From contig OZ243956.1 in the NCBI GenBank assembly GCA_965214405.1, forward strand, positions 1,216,001 to 1,280,000: a DNA stretch of 64,000 nucleotides, given 5' to 3'. Under the pieces are notes generated by a model. The model was given only the letters and a program-made list of their open reading frames with translations, did not search any database and was not told the origin of the DNA. Positions 30,592-42,922 of the stretch are shown in pieces. Within the stretch, counting starts at the first letter, position 1; the number at the start of each line of letters is the position of its first letter. The DNA comes from Trueperaceae bacterium (GTDB lineage Bacteria; Deinococcota; Deinococci; Deinococcales; Trueperaceae). The position numbers were made by a program, and so were the translations under genes.

Positions 30592-33198
30592 ATGGAAGAT
30601 AACTTTGTAGGGTTTGACGCACAACATTGGGACACGAACACGAAGCAATTCCTTCGCGCTCATCTTTCGACCTCTCCTAACGATCATCTGCGTATTGCAA
30701 CCGGCTTTTTTACAGTGGCTGGACAAGAAGCGTTGCGCTCTGGTTTTGAGACGACTGCCTGGATTCTTGTCGGTTTCGATGAGAATGCTGCCGAATCAGA
30801 GGTCGAGAATATTACGAAGGTTATTCAGCGTGAGCTGGAAACGACACACACGCTTACTTACGAAGTTATCCGCCATTTAGCAGATGAACTGAGCGAGCGT
30901 GTCCGTGTGGTGCAAACCCGCTACAGGCGTGGAGACCATGCAAAGGTGATCATTTATGGTTCTCGCGCCGCCTTTCTCGGAAGTCCGAACTTGACAATAG
31001 GCGGCATGAATCGGAATACGGAAAGCCTCCATTACGAAAACGATTCCAATGAAGTAATCGGCTGGGTTACAGCTTTCGATCAAAAGTGGCACGATGATCA
31101 TAGAAACCGCGATGTTACGGAGGAAATCCGCGCGTTACTGCTGGAGGCGCTGAAATTTGCATCACCTTTCGACGCTTATCTTGCCGCTTGTCACGCGATT
31201 TTAGATGAACGGGTTCCGGTTCACACACGTGACGACTACATCGAGCCTTTGCCCTATCAAACGGTTGTTGCGCGTCGAGCTGCGGCATCGATCTCTCATA
31301 ATAGCGAGCGGGGTCACTGGATCATAGCCAGTACCGGATTGGGTAAAACGGTTATGGCGACGCATGTCGCACTCCTTCTTTACGAACACCGCCACGTTCG
31401 AGAGGTTATTGTCATTGCGCCAGCTCGGACTCAAGAGGAGTGGAAGCGGAGAATGCGCTCCGCCCGGCTCAGCGCTGAAGTCTTTAGCACTTCAATTCTC
31501 CGACGCGATCCAGAAGGGAAGGATCAAATTCGGTCCCGACAGCTTCAGCGTGAATTCGACGCTGCTACGAAAGAAACCTTATTGATTATAGATGAAAGCC
31601 ACGAATTTCGTAATCGTTACAATGATATAGAGGGAGAGGTCCAGGAACGTATTTTTGCCAGTCGCCTCGAGTTCGTTACGCAAAATAGAGGGGCTCGCGT
31701 ACTGCTACTCACGGCGACGCCTTATGCAAAAAGCTTACAAGGCATTAACAACCAACTACTCTTGCTTCCTCATACCGCAAACGATTCCGGTACTAAGGCA
31801 CATAGCATTCAGAGTATAGAGGAAATCTACCGCGTTCCAGTCGTGACTGCGCTTAGCTACAACACCGTACGTGAGCAGTTTGCACAACGTGACCACACTG
31901 GCACATTTGTCACGTTTCAAGATGATTCTCGAGGCTATATTCAAACGCTACAGCTAGAGCGCGTTGAGTTTACACCGCTTGCGGCTGAACCCGTGATGCG
32001 CAACCTCTCCGTTTTCGCTCACGACTTGCATCACCGAACAGACGCAGAAACGCGGGAGAAAACTTCTGACGCCAGCTCAGTCATGCGTCAAATGGTCGAG
32101 TCGTTGACCTCTAGCCCAGTTGAACTAAAGAGGAAGCTTGAGAGCGAACTCGCCCGCCCTTCCGGGGTGACGTTCCGCTTTCCCAAGCAAGAGCGAGTTG
32201 CCGCTATAAAAGAGATACTCACGCATCTAAAGGGGAATGTGGCGGCGCGAGATGAAAAACTTTCGAAACTCCTCGAGGTGTTAGGAGAAGCGAGGAAGAC
32301 CCAAGAAAAGACGCTAGTATTTGTTGCGCGAAAAGAAACGGGGCAGTACCTGAAAGAACAGTTCCTCAAGGTAGGACTTCGTGCGGCGTTCTTGTCCGGC
32401 AGCGATCCCAATGCAGAGTCGATAATTGCCGGATTTGCGCCTCACGCAAATAAGGAGAGTCCGCAAGTCGGCGAAGCAATCGACATGCTCATAGCGACCG
32501 ATACTGTCGCTGCTGGCGTCAACCTGCAAGATGCCACCCTTGTCGTACACTATGACGCGCCCTGGACAGCAGATATCTTCAACCAGCGCAACGGCAGAAT
32601 CACACGTTTCCGAAAACAACCAACGGTTATCCGCTCGCTTCTTTTTACTGCAAAGGAGAACTTAAAGAAATTAGAGACACTCGAAAGCCGACTCGAGAGC
32701 GCCGCTGTATTTGGCAATATCGACCAGATCGAAACCGCTATACGTCACGGTAAGATTGAGGGAGAAGTTTTAAGAGCCGAAGCGGAGCGCCGCTCATCGG
32801 ATGTTCTCTCTGACTTTGCCACGCTCGAGCAGCATCAAGAGCGTGCTCGAGGTCTCCGAAATGGTCGAATAACCGCTCGTTACGCAGACACAGACTACCT
32901 TACCACCATCAGTATAGTGCGCGTCGAAGGAGTATCAGACGCTACGTGCATCCAAACAGTTCACGGCAGCGAGGGCGAGAAAACACACACTCTGGGTGAC
33001 GCCGAGGCGCTTAAAGCGTTTCGTTGTCAAGAAGATGAGGGAATAGCAGTTGTTCCATTTCCGTTAGTCGACGGACTTGTAAAGCGAGCAATGATCAACT
33101 TTGTTGAGAGCCACTCGCTTCCAGAAGATTCGGTTACACATATTGCGTCCGTTACACTCGTACCGAATGAATATTCCAAACACCTTACACTCAACTAA
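30592..33198 (+). CDS. PLD-family nuclease domain fused to an SF2 (SNF2-like) helicase; candidate restriction/defence protein
   Basis: IATGFF, HAK...GSPNLT...NTE (PLD); STGLGKT, DESH, TATP, GVNLQ and QRNGRITR (helicase). Lower GC and atypical codon usage. Confidence 0.85.
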   Translation: MEDNFVGFDAQHWDTNTKQFLRAHLSTSPNDHLRIATGFFTVAGQEALRSGFETTAWILVGFDENAAESEVENITKVIQRELETTHTLTYEVIRHLADELSERVRVVQTRYRRGDHAKVIIYGSRAAFLGSPNLTIGGMNRNTESLHYENDSNEVIGWVTAFDQKWHDDHRNRDVTEEIRALLLEALKFASPFDAYLAACHAILDERVPVHTRDDYIEPLPYQTVVARRAAASISHNSERGHWIIASTGLGKTVMATHVALLLYEHRHVREVIVIAPARTQEEWKRRMRSARLSAEVFSTSILRRDPEGKDQIRSRQLQREFDAATKETLLIIDESHEFRNRYNDIEGEVQERIFASRLEFVTQNRGARVLLLTATPYAKSLQGINNQLLLLPHTANDSGTKAHSIQSIEEIYRVPVVTALSYNTVREQFAQRDHTGTFVTFQDDSRGYIQTLQLERVEFTPLAAEPVMRNLSVFAHDLHHRTDAETREKTSDASSVMRQMVESLTSSPVELKRKLESELARPSGVTFRFPKQERVAAIKEILTHLKGNVAARDEKLSKLLEVLGEARKTQEKTLVFVARKETGQYLKEQFLKVGLRAAFLSGSDPNAESIIAGFAPHANKESPQVGEAIDMLIATDTVAAGVNLQDATLVVHYDAPWTADIFNQRNGRITRFRKQPTVIRSLLFTAKENLKKLETLESRLESAAVFGNIDQIETAIRHGKIEGEVLRAEAERRSSDVLSDFATLEQHQERARGLRNGRITARYADTDYLTTISIVRVEGVSDATCIQTVHGSEGEKTHTLGDAEALKAFRCQEDEGIAVVPFPLVDGLVKRAMINFVESHSLPEDSVTHIASVTLVPNEYSKHLTLN

Positions 33199-33239
33199 AT
33201 GCACATGAGGCCTTCTGCGTTAAGCTAGCAGGTCAAGCA

Positions 33240-33693
33240 TTATTCGCTTAGCGTTTCATCAAAGTCGGATACGCTCGCCGGAGCCCTGGAACTGCCTTTG
33301 ACAACTTCTTCGACAGAGGGATTGACGCTTTTCAGCTTCTCCAACACACGCCCCGCTCACCTCTCTGGACCTCTAGACGTATGGGTCAAACGAAAAATCT
33401 CGGTAGTTGATGAATCGGCAGCCTTTGCCACCTCGAGTGCCTGGAGTTGCCAGTAGCCTCGGGGCGTGACCGCTTTGGAAAACACGTCCGTCGCGGTAGA
33501 GACACTGCTGCGCCTTTCAAGCGCAATAAGCAACGTTGACGCGGAGCCGCCCAGCACAGATTCAAGTTCGGTGATGTAAGCAGTCAAGGGGTGAGGGTCG
33601 GCAAGTGCATCAATAACCGCGCCAATAGACCGCTCTTCTGTGATTTTTATAGTTGAGTACATCAGAAGAATGTCCTTCTCTGCGTACGCTTGA
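33240..33693 (-). pseudogene. 3' remnant of a gene truncated by IS3, with an internal stop
   Basis: Frame open from the IS end (QAYAEKDILLMYS...); in-frame TGA at 33357, then continues AGRVLEKLKSVNP... to TAA at 33240. Confidence 0.6.
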
Positions 33694-34230
33694 TGAGGTG
33701 GCCCCGGTTGTCAAGACGCGATTCGGGGCTGGTTTAAGCTACACTTCCTCCCTTCGGTGAGTGTCTGGTGGGTAGTGGTGGTCGTGGCGGTCTGCTGGGC
33801 TGATCCAAAGTACAGCTCCGCCGGTGTCTGATAACCGAGTGCCTGTAGCGGGTGCGACCACGCCTGACGATGCAAGCGCTCGTGGTTGTAGAAGTCGAGA
33901 TATCGAGTGATGCCCGTTTTTGCCTCTCTAGGGGACTGGTAACCTTTCAGATACACCTCCTCATAGTTGAGACTGCGCCACAGCCTCTCGGTAAAGACGT
34001 TGTCACTCGCCCTTCCTTTGCCGTCCCTTCGGGGTGCTACGCGAACCATGCCGACCCTAGGTCGGCACTGCGGAGCAGCTCGAGATAAGCAGGACTGGTG
34101 AACTGGCTTCCTTGGCCGCTGTTTAAGATGTCTGGTTTGGCCTCGCTAAACGCTCTCGCTACGGTGCTCAACACGAGACCGAGTTCGAGGCTGTTATCAA
34201 ACTCCCGAGCGACGACGTATCTGGAACATC
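33694..34230 (-). mobile_element. IS3-family remnant (OrfB C-terminus plus one terminal repeat)
   Basis: SRYVV, NSGQGSQFTS (catalytic D changed to G), DN..TERLWRSL.YE and QALGYQTP; terminus TGAGGTGGCCCCGGTTGTCAAGAC at 33694; frameshift near 34058. Confidence 0.88.
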
Positions 34231-34239
34231 AGGGTCAGG

Positions 34240-34581
34240 TTAAACCAGGTGCGTTTGGTCAGATTCATCTAAAGCCTCCACAAGGGTACTAAGAGCTCCT
34301 AGAACGGCGCCGCGTTTCGTTTCGGGCAGCGAGCGGGTGAGCGCCTCAAACTTTGCCTTGCGGGCCTCAGCGACGTTCGACGCTTTTTTCTCACCCTCGC
34401 GGGTAAGCTTTAGTAGATAGGCGCGGCCACCGCTCGAGTGCGCCTCGCGCGTGAGCCAGCCACGTTTACTCAGCCCCGTGACGAGGCGGCTGACCGTACT
34501 TTTCTCGAGCCTCAAAAAAGTCACCGGGTCGCTTTGCGTAAGCCCGCCGGTGCGGGCGAGTTCTGTAAGGGTGTGGGTCCC
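34240..34581 (-). pseudogene. 5'-truncated MarR-family regulator
   Basis: THTLTELARTGGLTQSD..LRLEKSTVSRLV..L..RGW winged helix; in-frame TAA directly upstream and no start. Confidence 0.75.
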
Positions 34582-34602
34582 TTAAATTGGTGGAGATGCA
34601 CT

Positions 34603-34626
34603 CCACCCCAGGTGGGGTGGTACAGT
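34603..34626 (+). promoter_or_regulatory. CsoR-type operator and -10 of the copZ-csoR promoter
   Basis: CCACCCCA-GG-TGGGGTGG palindrome followed by TACAGT. Confidence 0.75.
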
Positions 34627-34658
34627 CGGCAGAATAAAGATGCAAAAGGAATAAAACC

Positions 34659-34860
34659 ATGACGCAGCTCAAAGTAGAAGGTACGACCTGTGGTCTGCCA
34701 AAGCAGCGTAAAGCGCGCGCTCGAGTCGGTCGAGGGCGTGCAAGGGGCCGAGGTAAACTTAGAAGACGGTACGGCTCGAGTTGAAGGAGACGCCGACCCT
34801 GCCAAGCTCGTGGCCGCCGTACAAGAAGAGGGCTACCAAGCTTCAACGGTCGGCGCTTAA
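34659..34860 (+). pseudogene. copZ: Copper chaperone, frameshifted
   Basis: MTQLKVEGTTCG|CQSSVKRALESVEGV...AVQEEGY; a 2-nt loss inside the CxxC codons. Confidence 0.85.
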
Positions 34861-34863
34861 ATT

Positions 34864-35188
34864 GTGACCGAAGCGAACCTTGAACAAGCCAACGCGCGCG
34901 TGCTAGCGCATCAAGACTGTTTACGTCTCGACGACAAAACGCGCCAGGATACTCCGCCTCAAAAGCGCCAAGGGACACCTAGAGGGCGTGTTGAGAATGT
35001 TGGAGGACGAGAGCGTCTACTGCGTGGACGTGCTTAAACAGGTGAAAGCGGTTTAGGGGGCGCTCTCTAAAATCAACGAGATGGTGTTACGCTCGCACAT
35101 CCGCGACCACGTCGCCACCGCCGCGAGGCGTGGCGACGCCGAGCACGTGGTGGACGAGCTTATGGAGGCGCTCAAGTACCGCGCTTAA
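34864..35188 (+). pseudogene. csoR: Copper-sensing repressor with a frameshift and a nonsense codon
   Basis: RLKSAKGHLEGVLRMLE..YCVDVLKQVKAV*GAL...HIRDHV; frameshift near 34954 and TAG at 35054. Confidence 0.88.
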
Positions 35189-35559
35189 ACGACGCGACAC
35201 AGGTAAATAACGTGGCCCTGGCGCTGGAGAACGCAGTCTAATCCTCCAGCGTCTTCTCTGCTCGCGTGACGCAGATGTCGGGGTGAACTGAGGTGGGGGG
35301 CGAGGGAGTAGGGTGACAGGGAGAAAGCCGAAAGCTTATGCTACCTTTCTACCCCCAACGTACAACATCTCACACCAAATAAAGCCTGGACGACCCCTGG
35401 GCACATTCTGAAGCCCGTGGGCTGCACGGGGTTACCGACTTTATTGTGTCTTAACAAAGATCAATTAACATCACCCTTTGTGAAGCGCCGCAAACCGCTC
35501 GAGCGGGTGAGTTTGAAGGGCGCAGCCTCGGCGTTTATTTGGAGATGGGACGGAATTTG

Positions 35560-37109
35560 ATGCACCTTTCACGCAGGCAGTTTCTTAAACTTACAGGTCT
35601 CGGCGTGGGTGCCGGGCTCCTCGGCGGGCAGCTCTTGCCCGGTGTTGGCTTGGCTTCGGGCGCAGCAACCGCGTTCCCTACGCCGACGGATATAGGCGAG
35701 CGCAGCGGCAACGAGGTTTTCTTTCGGCTCGAGGCCAAGGCGCACACCGTCCAGATAGGAGGCCGCCAGGTACAGCTCACCGCCTACAACGGCTCCCTGG
35801 ACCCACCCTGCGAATGCGCGAGGGAGACCAGGTGCGCGTCGCCTTTACCAACAGCTTGTCCGAAGAGACCAACCTGCACTTTCACGGCTTGCGCGTGCCG
35901 ATGACGCAGGCGAACAGCGAGACGCCCTTCCGGCGGGCCGCGCCCGGCGAAACGATCCTTTACGAGTTTCCCATCCCCGCGGGTTCCGCCGGTACGCACT
36001 GGTATCACCCGCACGCTCACGGCACGGTCGCGCCTCACCTGTTTCGCGGTTTGGCCGGGGCCATCATCGTCGAGGGGCCGATGGACGCGGTGTTTGGGGG
36101 GCTGCCCGAGCAACTCGTCTTGCTCGTAGACTTTACCTTCGGGGCCGACGGCACCATTCCCGAGCACAGCCCGGCGGACTGGATGATGGGACGTGAGGGG
36201 AACCTGCTCACGGTCAACGGTGCCAACTTGCCGCGCCTCGAGGTTGCCGACGGGGTGGCGCGCTTGCGCCTCATCAACGCGAGCAACGCCCGCTACTACC
36301 GTCTCGTTCTGCCGGACGCCAATGTAACGGTTATCGGCACCGACGGCGCGTACGTCGCCAGACCCTACCGCGCGACCGAACTGCTCTTGGCTCCGGGTGA
36401 ACGTTATGACGTGGTCGCGCAGTTTGCTAAGGCGGGCCTTTTCAACCTGACTGCTTTGCCCTACAACCGCGCACCGGAAGACATGGAAGATATGGTCATG
36501 GAGCGGCCCGAAACGGATGATATGGCAGCGGAAAAAGACCCCGGCGGGATGGACATGGGCGGCGTGAACATGGGGGGCATGGACATGGGTGAGATGGACA
36601 TGAGCGGCTCGGAAGGCACGAGCGCGTCCACGGGTGTCGCCGAGCCTACGCCGCTCATGGGCCTCTCCGTCGCCGCTCCGGGTGCCTTCCGCGTGCCCGG
36701 CGACCTCTCGCCTATCAAGCCGCTTGGCCTGCAAGATGCCAGCACGTATCGCCGCATCGTCCTAACGGAAGACATGGCGGAGCTGGAGTTCTATATCGAC
36801 GGTCGGATGTTCGACGTAGATCGTGTTGACTTCGCGCCCCAACTGGGCACGGTTGAACACTGGGAAATCGTCAACGAGACGGGCGTGGATCACCCCATGC
36901 ACCTGCACGTCTTCCCCTTTCAAGTCTACGCGCGTCGTGGCGTGCGAGAAGAGCGCCTCGCGTTCAAAGACGTTGTCAACGTCCCGGCGGGCGAGAGCGT
37001 CGATATCCTCGTGCCGTTTGGGGACTTTGGGGGCCGCACGGTGCTTCATTGCCACATCGTCGAACATGAAGACCTCGGGATGATGAGCATTGTAGAAGTC
37101 AAGGCTTAG
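35560..37109 (+). pseudogene. Tat-exported multicopper oxidase (CueO-like), frameshifted near 35800
   Basis: SRRQFLK signal and YNGSL in one frame; GPTL, HFHG, WYHPH, HPMHLH and HCHIVEHEDLGMM in another; Met-rich insert. Confidence 0.85.
36549..36608 (+). repeat. 15-nt coding repeat x4 (MDMGG)
   Basis: ATGGACATGGGCGGC-type units in the Met-rich loop. Confidence 0.7.
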
Positions 37110-37211
37110 CCCTTGGGTAAGGCGCTCAGTAACGCCACAAAGCCGAGCGCCCTTGTAGCGCTGATGTCAAGGCGCTCGAGCCGACTCTTGCACCGTTCGT
37201 TGTATGGACGG

Positions 37212-37269
37212 TTGAACTTTGCAACAGCTCGGGCTATACTGGGTTTCTAGCCCACCCCCCCTGGGGTGG
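37212..37269 (+). promoter_or_regulatory. copA promoter with a CsoR-type operator
   Basis: TTGAAC-17-TATACT; CCACCCCC-CC-TGGGGTGG at 37252-37269. Confidence 0.75.
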
Positions 37270-37297
37270 AATAAGAAAAGTTGGAGGAAGTAGAGCA

Positions 37298-39817
<2,520 letters not shown>

Positions 39818-39825
39818 CGGGTGAT

Positions 39826-39857
39826 GCGGGGAGAACCAAAGTTCTCCCCGCTTTTTT
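39826..39857 (+). terminator. Intrinsic terminator
   Basis: GCGGGGAGAAC-CAAA-GTTCTCCCCGC followed by T6. Confidence 0.85.
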
Positions 39858-39936
39858 CTGTCGAGTTTTCGTCCTGAACTTTTCTCTGAATCTGTCTCTG
39901 AGCCTATTTTTAGACGCTATCTTTGGAAGGTGAACC

Positions 39937-40218
39937 GTGTTAAATCCATTCAAGCGCGCCACAGACACGCCCAGGGTCACGCTCTACACCACCCCCGGCT
40001 GCGCCGACTGCGCGGCAGTCAAACGCTATCTAGAACACAAGGAAATCACGTTTGAAGAGAAAGACGTAAGCAGGAACCCGGCCTGGCTAGACGAGATGAA
40101 GGAGGTGTCGGGCGTGCGGATTGCACCCGTCACGGTTATAGGTGAAGAAAGTTTCTACGGCACCTTCGACAAGCAAAAGCCGGGGTTGGAGCGGGCCTTG
40201 GCGGGCCTGGGGGGGTAG
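39937..40218 (+). CDS. Glutaredoxin (NrdH-like)
   Basis: LYTTPGCADC, EKDV and APVTVI. Confidence 0.88.
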   Translation: MLNPFKRATDTPRVTLYTTPGCADCAAVKRYLEHKEITFEEKDVSRNPAWLDEMKEVSGVRIAPVTVIGEESFYGTFDKQKPGLERALAGLGG

Positions 40219-40757
40219 AGCATATTGTGCAAGAAAAATAATGTTGTCGACTGAAAAGTAGAAAGCTGCCCATTCTCACCGCAGCAACTTTGCCCTTATG
40301 AAAAATAAAGTTATAGACTATGCTCTCATTTTTTTCACATGTACATTACGTCTTAAAATATAGTTGTCGACTGTGCTTTCATCAAAGTTTGATGTTAGCC
40401 GAGTTTCAAACTCATCACGTCTGAAATTGTTGGCTGAGCCTGTGAAGACGCAGAGCAACCGCAGAATCCGAAGTGGCTCGAGGAACCGAAATATTCTCAA
40501 AATAAGAACACGATATGAACGGCAGTTGCTATCTTTAGGCCGCTCGTTACCGATGACTAGGTTTTCTTACGAGTTTTACTTGGTCTTATCATTTTGTCAT
40601 GGTTGAAACTTCGCACATTGATTGAAAAGCTATATGAGGCCGTTGGGAACACTCTCAAGCCAGATAAAGGTTGGCAACGGGAAGCATGTCTGAGTGACTC
40701 AAAGGGGCGCACGCTAATCTTCTAGGATTTACGCTTGGCTATCACGACCACACCCGC

Positions 40758-41009
40758 TCAAGAAGCTTCTGTTCGTTCCCACACCACGCTCAAGGCCTCG
40801 AGCAAAGCCTGAGCGAGCACGTGGCTCTCGCGCCACCCGCCGCTCGGCACGAGGACGTGGACGAGGCTTTGCACGGCTGTATCCAGGTCCGCGTGCTCCT
40901 CGAGAACAGCGGCGACGTAGGAGAGATTAGCCTCGTTACTGCGTTTAGGATCAGGCTCGCCTATCCAAAGGAGGCGCTCCAAAGCGTCGGCGAGTTCAGC
41001 GTCGCCCAT
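40758..41009 (-). CDS. Small hypothetical protein
   Basis: 83-aa helical ORF with plausible codon usage. Confidence 0.55.
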   Translation of the reverse strand: MGDAELADALERLLWIGEPDPKRSNEANLSYVAAVLEEHADLDTAVQSLVHVLVPSGGWRESHVLAQALLEALSVVWERTEAS

Positions 41010-41052
41010 GACGCTGGACCTATATAGTGCGCGTTCCAGAAGAGAAAGTATT

Positions 41053-41487
41053 TCATAACCGACTCTGTGAGGTGCTCGGCGGGCCTGCTGGAGGCGGTAC
41101 GCTCTTGAAGACGAGTGCTTGCCGGTCCTGCAACGCGTAAAGCCCCCATAACAGCGCCTTAGCTAAGCAGGCTTCCCCCTCGGCCCAGCGAGCACTCTTG
41201 AGCAGCGCCTCGCTTATGTCCTTTAGCGCCCACAGGTATAGGTCGCGCTCCTCGGCGAGGTCCTTGAGCCTCTTGATCGTCTCCTGTGGGGTCGGCTCCG
41301 CCTCGCTCTCGCCCCATATTAAGCGGGTGGCGATAACGGCGAACTCGCGGTCGTTTATGTCGTTGCCCTCACGCTCAGCCTTCGGCAAGCGCGTCGGGCA
41401 AGACTTGAATACCTTCCTGCTATAGTAGCCATCTTTTCTCTCCATAGAGGTAGATTCAGCGCGGGTGGTCGATCTGTTACAACTCAT
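41053..41487 (-). CDS. Hypothetical protein (start may be 41445)
   Basis: Helical ORF divergent from the HTH gene. Confidence 0.55.
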   Translation of the reverse strand: MSCNRSTTRAESTSMERKDGYYSRKVFKSCPTRLPKAEREGNDINDREFAVIATRLIWGESEAEPTPQETIKRLKDLAEERDLYLWALKDISEALLKSARWAEGEACLAKALLWGLYALQDRQALVFKSVPPPAGPPSTSQSRL

Positions 41488-41579
41488 CCCACCCGTACTG
41501 CTACACGAGTATACAACCAGGTTAGTTAATAAACAAGGTGGTTGTGTAACTCAACCTTATGTGATTGTTAGGTTGGGGT

Positions 41580-41849
41580 ATGGCTCCTCCCTTCGAGGTC
41601 AACTGGAAGCTCAAGGCGTTACTTGACCGCGAGGGCGTGACGGTCTACGCGTTGGCTAAGAAGCTAGCCGAGACGATGGAGGAACCCTTGCACGCCAACA
41701 CGCTCTACCGTTGGGCCAACCAGGTGCCGAGCAACCCCGGTCTGGAGGGGATCGGCTGGGTGCTGTGGGGTCTCGGTGAGATTACGGGCAAGACCTACAG
41801 CGTCAGCGATGTGCTCGAGTATAAAGAGGTCACAGCAAACGACGGCTAG
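41580..41849 (+). CDS. Cro/C1-type HTH regulator
   Basis: WKLKALLDREGVTVYALAKKL...NTLYRWA...ITGKTYSVSDVLEY. Confidence 0.8.
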   Translation: MAPPFEVNWKLKALLDREGVTVYALAKKLAETMEEPLHANTLYRWANQVPSNPGLEGIGWVLWGLGEITGKTYSVSDVLEYKEVTANDG

Positions 41850-42058
41850 ATATTTCGGATGAGCGTGTAGAAGAGACTTGATGCAGCAAACGTATGGTTC
41901 AGGCCGCCGGAAGACGCTTACATCGTTTGTTTGAGGGATTGGCGCGCCATGACGCGACTATAGCAAGCGCTTTGGCCCCTAAGCCGATGTGACCGCTCGA
42001 GCCTCGGGAGCAGTAGCGTAAGTAGTAGAAAACATGTAGAAATCGTGTAAGGTCAGCC

Positions 42059-42922
42059 ATGCCTTTCCTTTACCTGCTCGCGCTCCTCGCGCTCCTCGCC
42101 GCCCTAGTCCGGCAGCGAAGGCCGTCTACCGAACGTAAGGGGCGTGACGGGGAGCGTGACTGGCAGCCCGACTTCGCCAGACAGGCCTACGGGGTTCTCG
42201 AGGGCGACACCCTGACCCTCCACTTCGTACGCAACAGCCGCTACCCCGCCCCCGGCGAGCCCTACGAGGTGGCGTGGGAAACGCGCCGGTACGACCTTGG
42301 CGACGTGACCCGCCTCTGGTTCCTGGTCGCGTCGTTCAGCCGCCTGGAGGTCGTGGCCCACACCTTTTTAAGTTTCGAGTTCGCGGGCGGCGAATTCTTA
42401 GCGGTGTCGGTGGAGGCGCGGGTCGAGGAGGGCCGGGAGTACAACCTCGTGGAGGGGCTGCTCCGGCACTATGAGCTGAGTTACGTGTTCGGCGACGAGC
42501 GCGACCTCATCTTGCGCCGCACCCTGTATCAAGAGACCGAAGTTTACCTCTACCCGCTCGTCACGCCGCCGCTCGAGGTCCGCGGCCTGCTTGTCCGCAT
42601 GGTCGAGACGGCGAACAAGCTGCACAAACATGCCCGTTTCTACAACAGCGTCACCGAGAACTGCACCAGCGTCTTGCGCGAGCACGCCAACGCGGTGCGC
42701 CCCGGCTCCTTTCCTCTGTTCGTGCCCGCGCAGGTGATGCCGGGGTTGTCGGACCGGGTTCTCTATCACAAGGGGTGGATCGACACCAAGTTGCCGTTTG
42801 GGGCGATACGCGAGCACTACGCGGTGCAGGAGAAGACGCGGCGCTGCGCCCCAGACGAAAGGTTTTCAGCCTGCATCCGAGAAGGAATGCGAGGAGAGAC
42901 GCGGGGAGAAACGCAAAGGTGA
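42059..42922 (+). CDS. DUF4105 (Lnb-N-like) domain protein, membrane-anchored
   Basis: N-terminal TM, RDWQPD, AHTFLSFEF, SVEAR, DERDLI and FYNSVTENCT. Confidence 0.8.
   Translation: MPFLYLLALLALLAALVRQRRPSTERKGRDGERDWQPDFARQAYGVLEGDTLTLHFVRNSRYPAPGEPYEVAWETRRYDLGDVTRLWFLVASFSRLEVVAHTFLSFEFAGGEFLAVSVEARVEEGREYNLVEGLLRHYELSYVFGDERDLILRRTLYQETEVYLYPLVTPPLEVRGLLVRMVETANKLHKHARFYNSVTENCTSVLREHANAVRPGSFPLFVPAQVMPGLSDRVLYHKGWIDTKLPFGAIREHYAVQEKTRRCAPDERFSACIREGMRGETRGETQR

Noticed and set aside
35190..35540. Structured RNA or OmpR-type repeat upstream of the oxidase
   Set aside because: The TTAACA repeat spacing is non-canonical and no known RNA motif is recognisable.
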